Shown here: piece by piece, positions 30,801-39,966 of the stretch
How positions within the stretch are numbered: the first letter of the stretch is position 1
Layout: the number at the start of each line of letters is the position of its first letter
From: a virus
Taxonomy: Duplodnaviria; Caudoviricetes
Reading direction: 5' to 3' (one strand)
Virus record (IMG/VR): IMGVR_UViG_3300037424_001021
Span: 12,161 to 76,160 of that record
DNA length: 64,000 nt
Made by a program: the position numbers and the translations under genes
The notes under the pieces: generated by a model
Database searches by the model: none
Told to the model about the DNA's origin: nothing
Seen by the model: only the letters and a program-made list of their open reading frames with translations

Positions 30801-32204
30801 AGAGGTGGAACTATTCCTGGCATGATCAGACGAGATCCAGCAATTGGTTCTTATTCTCAACAATTAATAAATTTCCAAATGATGAAAAATGCCGAAGGTC
30901 CAGTAATTGCAGTTCCATCTCGATTGACTCAAATCGCAATTCAGGGAGAAGAAGAGTTGAATCCAGTTAAACTTGGTCCGATGTTGGGTCTTTCTGGAGA
31001 TTATGATGGAGATACAGTTGCAGCTTTTCTTCTAAATCCAAAATTAAATAAAGATATCAATCAACATTTCACATCTCTTTCATCTAATTCGGAGTATCAG
31101 CAAGCTTATATCCAACACCAGATCAGAACACAATTAATGCAAGCAAAGGGTCTTGGAGTTAAAGGCGAAGTTGGACAAACTATATTAGATAAAATGATTG
31201 CAGATGCAGAGAAATTAGGAACTACTGAGTCTTGGGTGCCTAAATTATCAAATGAATTAACTGCAATGAAAGCAGCAGTTCATAGTAAGTTATCTAGACA
31301 GACTGCGGTAAACGCCAGAGCACTTTTAGAATTTGCAGAACAAGTGCCTGTATCAGGCAAAAAACTACCAACAGGTCAAGTTCTTAACAGAACTATGGAA
31401 AGTTTATTTCAAACGATGCATCAATCAGTGCAATCTCGTGATCCTGTTGCATTTACCAATGTTATCAATCGTATGTTGGAATCAAGTGGACCAATAACAA
31501 AAAGACTATTAACAGGAGATTTAAATATAACTTTAGAAGACCAAACTCCGATAACTTTAAAAGGGATGGATCTTGAAGATACAGTAAATCAAATGATGGG
31601 AGCTTATACTCAAGCTCAAGAAAGTGGAGAAGCTCGATTTTTTAATCAATTGCGTGGACAATCTACTATGAAAGTTTCAACTTTAAGACGATATCTATCA
31701 GCAGGTTCTGAATTCTTGCAAGAAAAAACAACAGGTATTGGTTCTATGTTTAAAATGGTTTCAGCAACAATAGCTGGAGCTAATGAGTTAATGGCTGTTG
31801 GTAAAAAAATATTAACAAGTAAAAAAGTTGGATTTGGTTTTGCAGGAGCCATTGGATTGGCAATGGCATTGTCTTCTCCTAAAGATTCTATAGGGCCAGC
31901 TGTTGGATTAAATACTCAACCAAATCTAAATCCTAATAAAGGAAGTTCAAGAGTATCTCCTGACCAGATAGCTCCTTCTCAGCCATTAGGAAGTCCTACG
32001 TCTCCAGACTTGTTTAGTTCTCCGAATGCTCGTATTGCTATGACTCCTGAATCTGGTAGAATATCAATTAGAGCAACCTCAGATAGGACTGTAAATAAAC
32101 TAATGCTAGTTTCTAATATGACTGGTTCTAATAGTTCAATAAATATAAGCGACCGTTCCGAACGTTTAAATAAACATGTTTTGATAAATAAATTGCTTGG
32201 TTAA
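27855..32204 (+). CDS. Putative virion-associated single-chain two-barrel (DPBB) RNA polymerase
   Basis: GDYDGD at 30996-31013 preceded by GMIRRDPAI and LFGGKVLGSRYLTAV (beta'-like barrel); upstream PGEILG and EKTFGTKG resemble beta-subunit motifs; hydrophobic terminal segments. Confidence 0.72.
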   Translation: MPPPKKETNSGDSFLKAAIRVGTAGGLYASYRKGRDLKTAKNSFIETSQAVAKPSGFANKTEYLAFLEQHKEFMQTPEGAELTKQAWLRAAENVSPSSKNLLSFTSNLQNAAGTNVYSAIEATIQRNESKYIGRTVFQFKRNFNAFRSHYSLTKTLPQFTTAPATMAGVGAGKDVAVSALPSGIQGYVSRMQQELGGLVKAKFYTRKGWKETGHGQYLLTFDTPKGKFSVNVPLQSQGTVVEGLTQSSTRIGQSTRLFDKTTKGLIGTYTAPEFMLYELEKTLIPAIQSGKYQSGYDIQKVINTIYEENIGKLEAVPNIPANLRQKGWKSYTGIKSRAVRLRLLDQANQQSIFRIPGSEERMALLRSNRDLTPFTSPGNLAEATYSTYDPRALLPTPEAIDFSRSPRQMNREWKATEYASRAIRNLGRSKFETVQWQRDMGVGSSPLLKAIYIDPERHSDLLQKFGMAEGEHLFAENPEVRRMLQSERIGFSGNLKSITPNLEKRIREGRFTPGEILGMTTEGEAYRYQKGMNLLGLQQVSTKGKGAFYQLSYKEVYDFSEAEKTFGTKGMGKFVNEFNVQKEIAPLTQNAQITQGFQTVINMDILKKDRQLHNQQMLGALHEAIVIRFNQGANLSGWEKRFYENPVGIGNMLSKQATTGNIYSHENFVANLMRLATQKLKVNPEEFGVAFGSVPYTMGLEWAQQQMESLALSQAHRMSLFSGISGGLARTVFAGPHSRNAGTLGALEPRVFEQLTAGQFGPMGDQIAEDLFNRLRVTNPEQFETFEALTKSLRSMTGVIKPGKGEEIWDLSNINKIYESQAFQEQIEKGSFWLRTGKFGIPDIYVPGVAEASRFERYKTAGGEAFRGDISSLYHDYARKAGTVYQDVGQISKEELQQSFEELISGVHKQQAPLGKGAGALFGGKVLGSRYLTAVSSIAGYTPPNLNTVGISPEYLNQMMEEMKETGLYDTETLVRNRKILERGGTIPGMIRRDPAIGSYSQQLINFQMMKNAEGPVIAVPSRLTQIAIQGEEELNPVKLGPMLGLSGDYDGDTVAAFLLNPKLNKDINQHFTSLSSNSEYQQAYIQHQIRTQLMQAKGLGVKGEVGQTILDKMIADAEKLGTTESWVPKLSNELTAMKAAVHSKLSRQTAVNARALLEFAEQVPVSGKKLPTGQVLNRTMESLFQTMHQSVQSRDPVAFTNVINRMLESSGPITKRLLTGDLNITLEDQTPITLKGMDLEDTVNQMMGAYTQAQESGEARFFNQLRGQSTMKVSTLRRYLSAGSEFLQEKTTGIGSMFKMVSATIAGANELMAVGKKILTSKKVGFGFAGAIGLAMALSSPKDSIGPAVGLNTQPNLNPNKGSSRVSPDQIAPSQPLGSPTSPDLFSSPNARIAMTPESGRISIRATSDRTVNKLMLVSNMTGSNSSINISDRSERLNKHVLINKLLG

Positions 32205-32206
32205 TT

Positions 32207-35200
32207 ATGTCTAATTTAAATACAGACACTTCTTTCTTTCAGTTGAACGATATCTGCTTATCTATTCCACCTGAAAGCATAAGTATTCAGCATAAATTGT
32301 ACAATAATACTTGGCAGACACTGCGTACTCGTTCTTCGACTAAAGTTAAATCTGGTTTTTCTCAGATTGAGATAATTGTAAAATGTAAATTTGCAGATTT
32401 AGTTTTATTTCCAACATCAGGTGGATTACCTACCAATAGTTTTTATGAATTAAGAAATTTAGTTTCTCAATTTAGAATTACTCCATTTTGTTACGTAGAA
32501 AATCAATATTTAAGGGATAACATTTTATCCGGCGATTTGTCGGAAAATATGGCGCTTGCTTTGCGACAATTAGAGATATTTACTTCTCCAGACCAAGTAA
32601 ACGTAGTAGATGTAATTTTTCATTTTGCATGGTTTAACTATGCGCCTTTTCTGAAAAATTTTACTTTTAAACGAGACATTTTTCTACCAGATGAAGTGAA
32701 TGATCCTAAAGATTCTCGTGCATATAGATTATTATATTTAGCAGAACAACAGCGGGTTATATACGATCCTCTGTTAAGTTTAAATGGAGATGTTAATTTT
32801 CAATTTTATGAATATAAAGTTATTTCTAAAAAACAATATCAAGCTTTAAAACATGATTACGAGTTATATGAAAAATTGCAAAATACGAATCCTGATCTTG
32901 TTATTGGTCGAGATCAATTATTAAATCTTGGATTTGCAGCAAATGAAACTAACGCCACTTTACAAAATTTATTTGGAAATCAATCTTCACAAAGTCAAGA
33001 TATTACTTTAAATGACATTATCCAGTCATTAAATTCTTCAATTCAGGATCCTACATCTTTTATTTCAACAATCCAAAAAGATTGGAAAGTTGTATATCTT
33101 GGAGGAGAACAAAAGTCAGTAAAACTGCAAACTACTTTAAAAACTGACCACGAGATTGAAGAAACAGAACTTAATAAAATTACCGAAGAAGAAATGGTAC
33201 TTCTTCAAAAAAATCACGAAATTGATTTAGCAAAAGCTGGAATTGTCGTTACAGGACTTCATATTTCATTTGAAAATATATTAGCTACTATTCCTATGTT
33301 AGGTTATAGTTATCCAACTTTTCAACATATTGGTTCTACAGATGCAGTAATTTCATTGTCATTTCAAACTGATTCAGAAGCAGGAAGTCGTACTTTATCT
33401 AATATTCTTAACATCTATAATCAACAATCTTTAACTAATAGATTTATTCCACAAGGTCATCGCAATATTCATATTACTAATGATTTACTTGGAATGTGTG
33501 GATTACGAAATTTTATCATTGAAAGCAAAAGCATTCAAACTGTTCCTGGTCAACCAGGTGTATCTGTTGGAACTTTAGTTTTCCTTGATGATTCATTAAA
33601 TGAGAATACAAGTGAACAAATTATACAAGGTCAAAGTTTTACTACAAGTTTCGATATAAGAAACAAAATTGCAAAAATTCTAGAAAAAAATCTGCAATTA
33701 GTCTCTAATGTCTTTAAATTTAATGACGAAGGAGAAGCTATTTTAAATTCAGAAGCAGCTATTAGAATAGCAACTGGACAAACTGTAGCCGTTGTTGCAG
33801 GAGTTGCTGGAGTACCAGGTTCTGTTACAAATATAGCAATAACTAAATCTTCGTATTACCGATATATTGGGATAAATGATAATAATCATCAAGTCTTTAA
33901 AAAACTTTGCGAAGAATATGGTTTAAATCTTTCTATTCTCTTAGAAGAATTAGTTGAATATTTGCAAGAAAAAGAATCTTTCTTATTGCAATTAAAAAGA
34001 TTTTTTAAACACACTGAATCTGGAAGTTCTTTTTTATATCATTTTTTTGGATTAACTAATGAAGAAATTATAGGTATCAGTAAACTTCAAGAAGACATGT
34101 ATCCAGTTTTTCAGAAAAATTCTCGAAGAGACGAGTTAAGCGATAGCAGAATAAGTTCTCTAAATGAATTGCAAAAATTCTCTCGCGAACAACTAGAGCA
34201 ATTAAATGATATAGAAACAACAGGGACTCAAACAAGTCAAACTCAAGATTTATTGCTTTCCTTTATGCAAGATAAATTTACAGAATGGCAACAATTTACT
34301 TCCGCTTTTTTGGATAAAATTTTGTATTCTGGTTTAATACATTTGCCTCAATTTAAAGAAGCTACAGATTTAATTGCAAATAATGCATTAAATAGTGGAA
34401 CTGATTGTTATCCAGATTTTCCCTTACAGAATTTAGTATCCTTATTGTCTTCTTCCAAGGATAATGATTTAAATTTAGCCTTTGAAGCATTAAACCAATT
34501 ATTTCAAACTACTGATTTGGGATTTAAGAATATCTCGTTATCTTCATTGATAAATCCTGATTTTTATTTTTTCAACAGAGTGACAGATACTATTGATGAA
34601 ATTGTTCCTTCAGATATCGTCAAAAGAGCTACAGATGGAATTATCAAAGCCAGAGAAATGATGGAGCCAGCTGAAAGTGATTGGATGAAAAAAGTTTATG
34701 AAACAAATCTTTTGACAGATATAAGAAGTAAACAAATTACTGCCGATATGGCCAAACCACTAGCAGACAAAAGTTTAGAAAAAGCATTTCAAACAAAGGC
34801 AGGACAGTCTTATAGAAATCATTTACAAAGAGCAACAATTTTTGCACCAAATCAATTAGTAGGAAGTATTACCTCTGCAATTAAAGAATCTTCATATGGT
34901 AAAGATATAATTGAATTACCTGCATTTAGTTTAAGCAACAATTCTCAAAATGTATTAACTAACGAGAGACAAGCTATTAATTTAACTGTTAATTCGAGTA
35001 TTCCTGAAATAAAACATAATTTTGATACAGAAGAGGTATTAAAACCAATTAATCAACCAAATTCTCAAATTGTTTTTAACGGGACTATCGAAACTCAATT
35101 AATTGACAGTCAAGGACATAGTTTGCAAAAAGATGCCGCTATTAATTTTAAAATTATGGCAGCACAAGCAAGACAAGAAGGTATCAATTTAGTTGTTAAT

Positions 35201-37648
35201 TCAGCCTATAGGGACAATGAGTATCAAGCAATATTGTATGAAAAATATCTAGTAGAATTAGCAAAATTCAATCAAGAAGAAATCACAGAGCGTCCTGCGC
35301 CAGCAGCAGCTCCTGGTAAAAGTAAACATAATCAAGGACTTGCAGTAGATATTCAAGTTGAAGATTCTTTTGAAAGCACAGTATACATGTGGCTCGACAA
35401 GAATGCTCCAGATTATGGTTTTATTAACACAGGGAAAAACTTTAAAAGACCTGAACCTTGGCATTGGGAATTTCAACCAGATATGGTAACAAATACAGAA
35501 CAGATAAGTTCTATTGGGGCAGCAATTGACCCTAACAATGAATCTCTTTTAACTAAAAGTTTAAATCAATTACAGAAAGATATATATACTAGTCAGGGTT
35601 ATACGATGATGCGAGCATACCCTACTTTTAAATTATATTTTATTGAGTCAGATTTAGGAGAACGTAAACGATATGCTTTTGATGACTTTTTTAGTTATTC
35701 AGCAGTCAAATCTATCGAGTTGATTAGAAGCAGAAAAATCGCGGCGGATTTATTGTTACTCGAATTGACAAACATATCAGGTATTTTATCAAATAGAAAA
35801 TTTCAATCTGCATATGACCCAACAAAACCAAGAGATGCGCAATCTTCTTCAAGAGAAAATCTCAATAATAGAACAGATGTAAATACTTTAAATGAGAATC
35901 CTATCGCATCTTTAATGTTACAACCTGGAGTCCAAATACAACTTCGTTTAGGCTATTCCAATTCACCTGAAGAATTAGAAAAAGTCTTTAATGGTATTAT
36001 TACCGATGTGGAATTTTCAGAAACAGATGATTTAGTTAGTATTGTGTGTCAAAGTTTTGCTATCGAATTAGTTCAATCGATTCATGGCGAAAGTAAAAGT
36101 TGGGGTGGATGGTTCTCTGGAAATGGAAAAACATTCAAAATTTTAGAAGAAGTTTTAGCTTCTCCAGAAGTTGTCCATTTTGGCAGATGGGAAGGAGGAG
36201 ATTTTGGAAGAAATACTCAACGCTCTTTGTTAACAAAAAGATGGAAATTTATTCCTGCTCCTCAAGATGACAATATTTTTGCTCCTCAAGGAGATACAGG
36301 TATTGGTTTTATTGATTCTATAATAGGTTCTCATAAGTATACAATGTATCAAACTACTTTATGGGATGTCATTCAAGAAATGACATTGCGTCATCCTTCG
36401 TATATTGCTTCTGTTGTTCCATATGACGGGAAAGATGGACCAAGATCTACAATGTTTTTTGGAGTACCAGATCAATTGTATTTTGCAAGAGATTCTTCTT
36501 ATACAGAAGATACTGTTGCTAGTAATTTAAATTCTCAAATAGATAATTCAGAAATTTCTGCAAGAGATGCGTCAAGAGATGCCAATGTTGAGCCAATTAA
36601 CGCCTTAGCTCGCAAAGAAGAAGATTCTTTGTATAGAAAACGTTATTTTGAATTACTAAAAAAACAATATGGACTCAATCGAGGATTCATTAAGCCTTTT
36701 CGAAATTATCATATTGCTACGTCTGGAATGCATATTGTATATAACAATATTAGCGCTTCTGGACACAATACGTTCAATACAGCCACCGTTCAATATGGAA
36801 AAAGTGCCGCTGATCCAAATGAAAAAACTGGTCAATTAGATTTTGATGGTTCCAGTACGTTTACGTTGAAAGCAGATGCGGCAATTCCTGACGAAGATAT
36901 CAGAGAACTATCTGTTCAATATCCAAATTGTATTGGTGAAGAGGTTGCAAAAAATTATTGTTTAAGTTTGCTTTTTAATTCATTAAAAGATTCTTATAAA
37001 GGAAATCTTGTTTTAATAGGCAATCCGAAAATTAAACCATTTGATATTGTCTACTGTTTCGACACCTATAATGATCTTGTAGGGCCCATTGAAGTTGAGC
37101 AGGTAATTCATAAATTTTCTCAAGAAACTGGATTTATAACAGAAGTAACTCCCGATATGGTAGTACATGTTAATCAGCATTCTACCCTTTCTACAAGTGA
37201 CGCAATGGGATATATCGCAGAATATGCACTAAAAAAAATCGGTGTTACTAATAATGTTTTAACTGGTTTAAAAATTGCTGGCAATGTTGCAACTCTGCCT
37301 TTACTTCCTCTCTCTCCATTAGCTGCTATGTTTTTTAATTCAGCTGAACATACTTTGTCCACTGGTACTAATAATTCTCCTTTGGCTTTAATTGGGACTT
37401 TTGTATTTAAAAAATTAATTACACGAACTCAGTTAGCTCATCCATTTAGATTTAGTCCCTTAGTTTTACAATCTCATCCAATGATTGGAGGACTACCTAA
37501 TAGAAAGACAGATGGTGGTTTTTTTCAACCTTTCGGTGAATGGAAGAAAGACTTTAAAGACTATAGTTCTCAATATCTTGAACATCTTATGGATAAATTT
37601 AATCCAAATAATTGGCTTGATAAATCCGAAGGAGATATTAAATTTTAA
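32207..37648 (+). CDS. Baseplate hub / tail-associated protein with internal M15B (VanY-like) peptidase
   Basis: SAYR, SKHNQGLAVD and EPWHWEF zinc-peptidase motifs at about 35120-35475; C-terminal hub-like LQPGVQIQLRLGYSN..VFNGIITDVE. Confidence 0.8.
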   Translation: MSNLNTDTSFFQLNDICLSIPPESISIQHKLYNNTWQTLRTRSSTKVKSGFSQIEIIVKCKFADLVLFPTSGGLPTNSFYELRNLVSQFRITPFCYVENQYLRDNILSGDLSENMALALRQLEIFTSPDQVNVVDVIFHFAWFNYAPFLKNFTFKRDIFLPDEVNDPKDSRAYRLLYLAEQQRVIYDPLLSLNGDVNFQFYEYKVISKKQYQALKHDYELYEKLQNTNPDLVIGRDQLLNLGFAANETNATLQNLFGNQSSQSQDITLNDIIQSLNSSIQDPTSFISTIQKDWKVVYLGGEQKSVKLQTTLKTDHEIEETELNKITEEEMVLLQKNHEIDLAKAGIVVTGLHISFENILATIPMLGYSYPTFQHIGSTDAVISLSFQTDSEAGSRTLSNILNIYNQQSLTNRFIPQGHRNIHITNDLLGMCGLRNFIIESKSIQTVPGQPGVSVGTLVFLDDSLNENTSEQIIQGQSFTTSFDIRNKIAKILEKNLQLVSNVFKFNDEGEAILNSEAAIRIATGQTVAVVAGVAGVPGSVTNIAITKSSYYRYIGINDNNHQVFKKLCEEYGLNLSILLEELVEYLQEKESFLLQLKRFFKHTESGSSFLYHFFGLTNEEIIGISKLQEDMYPVFQKNSRRDELSDSRISSLNELQKFSREQLEQLNDIETTGTQTSQTQDLLLSFMQDKFTEWQQFTSAFLDKILYSGLIHLPQFKEATDLIANNALNSGTDCYPDFPLQNLVSLLSSSKDNDLNLAFEALNQLFQTTDLGFKNISLSSLINPDFYFFNRVTDTIDEIVPSDIVKRATDGIIKAREMMEPAESDWMKKVYETNLLTDIRSKQITADMAKPLADKSLEKAFQTKAGQSYRNHLQRATIFAPNQLVGSITSAIKESSYGKDIIELPAFSLSNNSQNVLTNERQAINLTVNSSIPEIKHNFDTEEVLKPINQPNSQIVFNGTIETQLIDSQGHSLQKDAAINFKIMAAQARQEGINLVVNSAYRDNEYQAILYEKYLVELAKFNQEEITERPAPAAAPGKSKHNQGLAVDIQVEDSFESTVYMWLDKNAPDYGFINTGKNFKRPEPWHWEFQPDMVTNTEQISSIGAAIDPNNESLLTKSLNQLQKDIYTSQGYTMMRAYPTFKLYFIESDLGERKRYAFDDFFSYSAVKSIELIRSRKIAADLLLLELTNISGILSNRKFQSAYDPTKPRDAQSSSRENLNNRTDVNTLNENPIASLMLQPGVQIQLRLGYSNSPEELEKVFNGIITDVEFSETDDLVSIVCQSFAIELVQSIHGESKSWGGWFSGNGKTFKILEEVLASPEVVHFGRWEGGDFGRNTQRSLLTKRWKFIPAPQDDNIFAPQGDTGIGFIDSIIGSHKYTMYQTTLWDVIQEMTLRHPSYIASVVPYDGKDGPRSTMFFGVPDQLYFARDSSYTEDTVASNLNSQIDNSEISARDASRDANVEPINALARKEEDSLYRKRYFELLKKQYGLNRGFIKPFRNYHIATSGMHIVYNNISASGHNTFNTATVQYGKSAADPNEKTGQLDFDGSSTFTLKADAAIPDEDIRELSVQYPNCIGEEVAKNYCLSLLFNSLKDSYKGNLVLIGNPKIKPFDIVYCFDTYNDLVGPIEVEQVIHKFSQETGFITEVTPDMVVHVNQHSTLSTSDAMGYIAEYALKKIGVTNNVLTGLKIAGNVATLPLLPLSPLAAMFFNSAEHTLSTGTNNSPLALIGTFVFKKLITRTQLAHPFRFSPLVLQSHPMIGGLPNRKTDGGFFQPFGEWKKDFKDYSSQYLEHLMDKFNPNNWLDKSEGDIKF

Positions 37649-38067
37649 TGAACAATCAGTCGTCAGCTCCTAAAAATGCACTTCAGCAAGGATTTACTAG
37701 TTTAAATAATATTGCTAGTCAGCCTCCTGATGATATTGAACGTATTAGTTATGGAGTCATTGCCGAAGTTCATGAAGAATCATATCAAGTAAAAGTAAAT
37801 TTTCTAAAAGCAGATAAAACTCTAGGAGAAGCAATTTCTGATGGATTCCTTCCATTGTTAAATTCTTTAAGTCAAATTCATTTACTATATGGAGCTTTGC
37901 GTCCTGGATTGTTGGTCAGAATATATTGGCGTGGTAAAATAAAACCGAATACGGCGATTATAGAAGTTATAGGAGATGAGGATTCGTCATTTTTACAAAA
38001 AGAAATTGAAGTTAACGAAATTGAAACTGGTCCATGGATGCTTTTATCTGGTGGATTAGCAGTATAA
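37648..38067 (+). CDS. Baseplate spike N-terminal OB-fold protein (P2 gpV/T4 gp5 N-domain-like)
   Basis: YGVIAEVHEESYQVKVNF..GFLPL..LRPGLLVRIYWRG; directly after the hub. Confidence 0.6.
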   Translation: MNNQSSAPKNALQQGFTSLNNIASQPPDDIERISYGVIAEVHEESYQVKVNFLKADKTLGEAISDGFLPLLNSLSQIHLLYGALRPGLLVRIYWRGKIKPNTAIIEVIGDEDSSFLQKEIEVNEIETGPWMLLSGGLAV

Positions 38068-38078
38068 AAAGGGATATC

Positions 38079-38405
38079 ATGGCAAATAAAACAAGAGTAT
38101 GGCGTGTAAGTGCTAATGCAAAAGCAGGGATGCAAATATCAGAAGATACTGCAATTATGGCAGCTAATACAAAGAATTTTATAGCAGTAGGCCAAACTGG
38201 AACTGCTATTGCTGGTCCAGTGAATTTCATGACCACTTCTGAAAATATCAGAAGTGGTGGACTATTTATTCAAATGAATGATTTTATTAAAATGATTCCT
38301 GGCACTATAGTTACTCCAATACCTCAAGAAATTCCTTTCCCTCCTGTAGCGATGTTTGCATATGTAGCAAAAGTTCTACCGAGTTTACTAGCTTTAATTA
38401 CATAA
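38079..38405 (+). CDS. Putative spike beta-strand/tip protein
   Basis: Short alternating beta-strand pattern (AGMQISEDTAIM..NFIAVGQTGTAIAGPVNF); ATG 38079 has an AAAGGG RBS. Confidence 0.45.
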   Translation: MANKTRVWRVSANAKAGMQISEDTAIMAANTKNFIAVGQTGTAIAGPVNFMTTSENIRSGGLFIQMNDFIKMIPGTIVTPIPQEIPFPPVAMFAYVAKVLPSLLALIT

Positions 38406-38418
38406 ATAGGAGAACATT

Positions 38419-38895
38419 TTGGGTTTGTTTGATGCCAATGATATAGATTTTTCCTGGGATGGAGATTTTTTAATAGATTCGACTGGTTCGCTGGCAGATA
38501 CTTCAGACGACTGGTTGCGTTCACTTGTTAACCAAGTTCGAGATTTAGTAAAATCTGAACAAGGTGATTGGGAAAGCGATCCAAATTTTGCGGCTGATTT
38601 GTCGGAATTTATTGGAGAAGCAAATACTCGGGAAATGGGGAAAAAGATTGAACAACGTATTCGTTCAAGAATTGTCAATATTGGATTAGTTCCTACTCAA
38701 GATTTAAATATTCGAGTAGTTCCTATTCATGTAAATCAATTAGCCGTTTTTATTAAAATAAGTTGCACTCCTACTGCTAATAATAAATTAGTTCTTGGAG
38801 AACCCGTAATCGTAACATTCGTGTTTGACACCATGGAGCATTCGATTTTCTTTACTCTCTCTAATACGAGTACGACAGATCCCTTTACAAGTTAA
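38419..38895 (+). CDS. Baseplate wedge / sheath initiator (T4 gp25/P2 gpW/XkdS-like)
   Basis: DIDFSWDGDFLID..KSEQGDWESDPNFAADLSEFIGE..IEQRI pattern; AGGAG RBS with TTG start. Confidence 0.72.
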   Translation: MGLFDANDIDFSWDGDFLIDSTGSLADTSDDWLRSLVNQVRDLVKSEQGDWESDPNFAADLSEFIGEANTREMGKKIEQRIRSRIVNIGLVPTQDLNIRVVPIHVNQLAVFIKISCTPTANNKLVLGEPVIVTFVFDTMEHSIFFTLSNTSTTDPFTS

Positions 38896-38913
38896 GATCT
38901 ATCCAAGTAAAAA

Positions 38914-39960
38914 TTAGGAATTTCCATTTCCTTCTACAAGAGGTTCATGCCCGAACCCAACAATTTCAATATTCTTAGCAGCATTGACATCTCTTTGATG
39001 TTCAACTCTGCAATCAGAACATTTCCATTGTCTTATTTCAAGACCCTTCAATCCTTTCGGACCGCTAATGCAACCGCAATTAGAACAGGTCTGAGTAGTG
39101 AAATTTTCATTGACAACTTTGAACTCTGCTGATGCCCAACGGCTTTTATACTCAAGCATTGTTTTGAACATTCCCCAACCAGCATCAAGAACTGATTTAG
39201 CCATTCTTGTTTGTGCCAATTTGAGGCTATTTACATTGCCAACTGCTATTTTTCCATAACTATTAACTAACCGCCGCGACTCTTTATGTAATGCATCTTT
39301 TCTCCTATTTTTTATTTTAAGATGAATACGTTTTACTCTATCTTTTTTATTTGCTCTTTGAGCAATTGCTAATTTCTTTTCTTCATTACGATACCAATGT
39401 CCACCACTAAAAACTTCTCCATTTGAGAAGGTAGCAAGTGCTTTTAATCCTAAATCAATACCAATAGATCTAGTTTTATTTAATTTTGTTGGTTCAAATT
39501 TAACAGCAACATTTAAAAACCAATTACCTTTTGAATCTTGTGAAAAATTGCCAGCTCTTAATTCGTAGTTTTTAAGTCCATATGAATCCCAAACTTTATA
39601 TTTAGTTCCATTGAATTTAATTAATCCATTTTTAAAAGATACTTGTTTTATTTTAAAAGGAATCCATCCAAGTTTTTTGTTAGTTCTCCATTTTAATTTA
39701 GAACGTTTCACTTGCTGCCTTCGTATAAAATGATCTTCATTGACAGCTTGAATAGTTGCACTTCCAATACTTAGTTCTTTAGAAGTTCCAACCGTGTATT
39801 GATGCAAATCGTAATGAGTTAACCATTTTTTTCTTTGTTTCCAAGATTTAGCAGTTAATTCATTAATATAATTCCATACAAAATTCACATCTTTAGACAT
39901 CTTAACAAGAGATTTAGTGTTCTTACTTTTCAATCTTATGTGAAGTGTTTTAGTTTCCAT
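38914..39960 (-). CDS. tnpB: TnpB RNA-guided endonuclease (IS200/IS605/IS607-type), solo, rearranged RuvC-II
   Basis: IGIDLG (D169), CSNCG/CSDC zinc ribbon, RDVNAAKNI (D324); canonical Glu replaced by G241 (IAVGNV), alternative E285 (VNENFTT); no tnpA adjacent. Confidence 0.93.
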   Translation of the reverse strand: METKTLHIRLKSKNTKSLVKMSKDVNFVWNYINELTAKSWKQRKKWLTHYDLHQYTVGTSKELSIGSATIQAVNEDHFIRRQQVKRSKLKWRTNKKLGWIPFKIKQVSFKNGLIKFNGTKYKVWDSYGLKNYELRAGNFSQDSKGNWFLNVAVKFEPTKLNKTRSIGIDLGLKALATFSNGEVFSGGHWYRNEEKKLAIAQRANKKDRVKRIHLKIKNRRKDALHKESRRLVNSYGKIAVGNVNSLKLAQTRMAKSVLDAGWGMFKTMLEYKSRWASAEFKVVNENFTTQTCSNCGCISGPKGLKGLEIRQWKCSDCRVEHQRDVNAAKNIEIVGFGHEPLVEGNGNS

Positions 39961-39966
39961 AAGATT

